This document shows, in pieces, positions 40,461 through 46,356 of a stretch of 46,356 bases of DNA. Made by a program: the position numbers and the translations under genes. How positions within the stretch are numbered: the first letter of the stretch is position 1; each line of letters starts with the position of its first letter. Under the pieces are notes generated by a model, which saw only the letters and a list, made by a program, of their open reading frames with translations, had not been told where the DNA came from and did no database searches. Source of the stretch: Neocallimastix sp. 'constans'. Its lineage: Eukaryota. The stretch covers positions 496,001 to 542,356 of the forward strand of contig JBODTK010000110.1 of the NCBI GenBank assembly GCA_050613775.1. The letters are read 5' to 3'.

Positions 40461-43080
40461 TTCATTTTCTCTATTTATTACCTTTAAAACGGAATCCATA
40501 TACCATAGATATTCATTTAAATAGTTAATGTTAATATTTAAAATATTAATAAAAATAATATTTAAATTATATGAAAATAGATATTTAAAATATTAATAAA
40601 AAAATATTTATGTTATATTGTATTTTAATAATTCGTTTTATTAGACTTTTTAATAAAATAAGATTTAAAATAAAAAAAAAATATTGAAAATAAAAATAAT
40701 TATTAATTATTAATTAATGATGGGTTTAAACAATAGTAATAACATATTATTCATTTATTAGAATATATTTTTTTTTGGTGAAATTTCTCTTTGTAAAGTT
40801 ATTAAATAAAATTAAAATTTATATAATAATTTGAAACCATTAAAAGTTTTGGAATCTAGATATGTAGAGTCATTCAATTAGTAAGAGAAAAAAAGAGTTT
40901 TAATTTAAAATCTAGATTGAAGGATTAGGTTCACTAAGTTATTATATCTACATAAATAAAATAACTAAAAAAATTAAATATTATTTATTTTATTATTATA
41001 TATATAAGTCTATAATAAGTTAATATTTTCATTACATTAAAAGTAATTTATTTCTAATAAAGATTAATAAATTTTATCCAGTTATTTACTAATAATTAAT
41101 ATATTAATTATATTTTGTTATATTTTGTTATATTGCAATTAATATCTTAGCAATTACAAGATTGACTAATTATTGGTTAAACTATTATTAGGTTAATAAA
41201 TTAATAAAAATCATTTCTCAATAAAAAATCATAAAAATTTAAATTTTATGGTGTATTTATTTTATTTTTTTTTTATTTAATGAAAATAATAATTTAAAAA
41301 ATATATATATTTAAATTATAATTATACAATTTTTAGTTTATTTATTTTCTTAAATGACAATATTTATAAAATAAAAAAAATAAATAGTTGATTAAAATGT
41401 TAAATATTATTTAAAGTTTTAAAATATTACCCTAAATGATATTCAATATTTTTAATTAACTATTAATTAATCTAATAATATTAACTATTTTATAATATTA
41501 TAAACTATTTTTTATAAAAATTTGATTAATATTATTTAATAATTATTATTAATAATATAAAATACTTTTTAATAAAATAAAAAAAGAGAAAATGTTAAAA
41601 TTTTATTATAATTTAAAATTACATACATAAGATAATAGATAAGATTATTAATTTATTTATCCAATAAATATAATAGATTTTTTTATTTTATTCATAATAA
41701 ATTTTTAAATTTTTTTTTTTATTAATATTAGAAATATAAAAAAATTAAATGATAGATAACTAATTTTATTGATTAGTTAATATAACTAATTAATAAAATA
41801 AATAATACATTCTATTAACAAAAATGTAATTGAAATTGGTTCAATTAATAAAAAGTATTCTATAATTTTATTAATTATAATTTTATTTTATATAACTAAA
41901 ATGAACTTTTTAAAGTTTATTTTCTTATAATTAAAAAAAAAAAATAACAATAAATATATATATAAAATAAAAATAAAAATTTAATAATAAAAAATAAAAA
42001 AAAAGATAAATCTAAAAACAAACTCCTTAAAAGAATGACTAAATAACTTTTTTTATATAATAAACTAATAATTTCTAAGCATTTCATTGACTCAATAAGT
42101 TTACTATTATTTTTTATGTTTTATAAAAGTTGTAATTTATGATTTAATCATAATTCTAAAAAGTAAAAATATAAATATAAATCAAGATAATTTTATATAG
42201 CAATTATTTTTTTACTTTATAATTTTTCAGATAACTAATGCCATTTTTGGAAATTTTTTAACAGATATTTAATCTCTTAGTATTAAATTAATAAAAAAGA
42301 TCAATTGATCACTTTTAATAATAACTAATACAATCAGGATCAGCTCATTAATTGGTCATGTTTGCTGAAATATTTTAAACATTTATAGAAAAAAAAAAGG
42401 ATTCATAAAAGGGAAATTTCTAGTAACAAATTTAAATAATTATTATAAAAATAACATTATATAAAATGTTTTTACAGTAACCGCATAATAAAAAATAACC
42501 AAATAAACAAAAAAAAAATAAACAAAAAAAAATAAAATAAAATAAAATAAAATATAAAAATAAGAAAAAAAATAATATATATAAAAATAGGAGATCAACC
42601 TAATAATCAAAATGATATTTATGAATAAGGTATTATTGAAATATTAATAATTAATTACTACTTTATTATTTTCATATATATAAAATTAATTAAATTTATA
42701 TTATGCTTGAATTGACAATATATTAATAATTTCTTTTAAAATTAATTTAAATTATGATTTCATTAATTTTATTATTGATTAATAATTAAAAAAAGGAAAG
42801 AATATTTAATTAAATTTTATTATTTCGTGATAAACTTTATTCATAAGATTGGGTGTATTTGAAATATATAAAAGCAAGAAAAAATCTTTAAAAATTTTAA
42901 GTAATAAAGTAAAATAATAAATAAAATTAATAATAAATAAAATTATATAATAGAGAAGTAATTACTGTTAAAAAATAAATTGTTTAAAATTTAAAAATAA
43001 ATATTTATATTTAAATTTAAATAAAAATAAAAAAAAATTTAAAAATTACTAAAGCGAAAATAAAATAAACTGAACTAAAA

Positions 43081-43329
43081 ATGATTGCTCCATCTCAATT
43101 TATATCTTTAACTTCTACTTTAGATCCTGTTTTTCCAAGAAGCTGCCCTAATACAAATAGTAGAGGAAACTCAAACAACTTAAGTAGTCAAATAAATAGA
43201 TACTCTTCATTATATCCATGCAGTAATGGTTTTAATTGTAATGCAAGTACTACCTTAATAATAAAGGATCTCATATCATCGATGCAATCACCTAATGGCC
43301 CTAGAAATATAAGAAGATATCAATGTTAA
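43081..43329 (+). CDS. Hypothetical 82-aa small ORF (orphan or remnant)
   Basis: ATG in an A-rich context (ctaaaaATG). The ORF spans a GC-richer island from end to end. No recognisable domain. Confidence 0.3.
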   Translation: MIAPSQFISLTSTLDPVFPRSCPNTNSRGNSNNLSSQINRYSSLYPCSNGFNCNASTTLIIKDLISSMQSPNGPRNIRRYQC

Positions 43330-44193
43330 AATATATATTAAATCTCTATTAATACCACTATTATTAAAAATATGTTTTTCATATTTTATTTTTGTAAATA
43401 ATTTGAATATCTATTCGTTTTTCTATATTATTCACTATTTAATTCTTTATCGTTAAAAAAAATAAAAATGTTTGTAAATATCATAGAATTTTTATAAAAA
43501 AAAAATTAAAAATTATTGTAAAGATATTTTTAATATACTATTTAAGAAAATAAATATAATAAATATCAATAATCAATAAAAAAACATAAAAAATTTATAT
43601 AATTATGAGATTTTTAAATAATAGTTCAATTTTTAAATATTATTATCATTTTTAAGCATATTAAATTTCATCATTTTAAACATATAAAATTATTATTTTA
43701 AATTTATTATTCTTATAAATGCTATAAATTAAAACTTATGTTAAAAGTTTACACATGTTACATTATAGAAATATAATAATAATTAATGTGATGTGATATA
43801 TTTAATGTAATTACATATTCATATTCATTTATTACATATAACATTTACAAATGTATGCATTATTAAATTAATTTTAACTATTAAATGATTGGTGTGGCTA
43901 TGAATCTTTAAAAAAAAAAATTATATATAAATGTCATTTTAATTATCGGTTATTTCAACTCCAGATAAGTCATTTTTTTGGGAAGTTAAGTATAAAATAA
44001 ATAAAAAAATCGTATAAAAGGATAATTAAAAGAAAAAAAAGAATGGAAATGGTTTAGAATAGTGTGTTAATATTTTATTGAATAGCTATAATTTAATTGA
44101 AAAAAGCTGAAAAAAAGTTAAAAGAATTGATTTCAACCGATATTAAATAAAGTAAGTTTTAAATAATTATATTTATAATTAATTAATATAATT

Positions 44194-44279
44194 CAGTAGT
44201 GATGAAAATATACCCGAATAACGAAGCTGTAAAATGCGATGTAGTTATCAAGTTATACCATCTTTCGGGTCTGATCGCT
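44194..44279 (+). ncRNA. snR39B: Box C/D snoRNA, snR39B/SNORD2-type, predicted to guide 2'-O-methylation of LSU rRNA G805 (yeast numbering)
   Basis: Box C is GTGATGA (44199-44205), with a C'-like TGCGATG (44235-44241) and box D CTGA (44271-44274). The guide ACCATCTTTCGGGT (44257-44270) is complementary to the conserved LSU sequence ACCCGAAAGAUGGU. The D+5 rule points to the G of ACCC-G-AAAG, which is yeast Gm805 / human Gm1509. A flanking terminal stem is present. Confidence 0.9.
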
Positions 44280-44936
44280 GATTATATTAATTAAAAAATA
44301 TTATTTTAATTTAAAAAAGTTTATATAAATAAGTAATAATAAATTAATATTTTATTTTTATTAAGAAAAATAGGAAATGAAAGCTGTTAACAAGGAATCA
44401 GATAATGTTTTAGAAATAAAGAAAGTTTGAAAGTTCAAAAATTAAAGGAAATAGGTAGTAAGTTTTTACGAAAAGTTATTTAAATTGAAGGAATGAAAGT
44501 TATAAAATATTAAATATAACAATTTTTGAAATAGTAAAAGTAATCATGAATAGCATATTATCTATAATAAAATGTATAAATGAAATTGTATTTAATAAAA
44601 GAAAAAAAAAAGTATAAAATATTAATAAAAATAAAATAATTAAAAAAATATATATATGTGTGTGTGTGTTGATTTTTCTTTTATTTAATAATTTGTTTTA
44701 TTAAAAGCATAATAAATGTGTTTTTTTTTTTTTTTTTTTTTTATTTAATATTTTTATTTTATACAATATATAAATTTTTTTGGCAATAATAAGTTAATAC
44801 TAATTTGAATCATGTATATTTTATTACTTTGAATCATTAATGAACATTCAAATATTTTTTTTTTTTTTTTGATTTAAATATTTTATATTTAAAACTATTA
44901 TTTATTATTTTTATTTCTTAGTAATATTATTTATTA

Positions 44937-46307
<1,371 letters not shown>

Positions 46308-46356
46308 CTATTAAAAAATAAAAAATATATTTTATAATTAAACCATGATTAATATG

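Noticed and set aside
43075..43310. Minus-strand frame open if TGA is read as Trp (organelle or mitovirus insert)
   Set aside because: No recognisable homologous motif, and the openness is explained as a shadow of the plus ORF

Overview
Extremely AT-rich, intron-containing eukaryotic DNA with long homopolymers and microsatellites. The composition and gene families suggest an anaerobic gut fungus (Neocallimastigomycota), which is an inference. From left to right: (1) a Ran1/Pat1-family Ser/Thr kinase on the minus strand that runs off the left edge; (2) a ~16-kb gene desert with microsatellites; (3) a decayed Ty1/copia LTR retrotransposon; (4) a disrupted Cys-rich single-pass membrane gene with an unexplained coding-like segment upstream; (5) a complete 4-exon RPB1; (6) a 10-exon RING/TRAF-zinc-finger/coiled-coil/SPRY E3-ligase-like gene with three microexons; (7) ankyrin-repeat pseudogenes; (8) a box C/D snoRNA (snR39B-type guide) inside an apparent intron of a non-coding host; (9) the 3' exons of a copine gene. 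The most notable items are the snoRNA, which may carry two guides and has a long flanking stem, and the TRAF-SPRY hybrid ligase. Exon models and translations outside the ORF track were derived by hand. No database searches were run.
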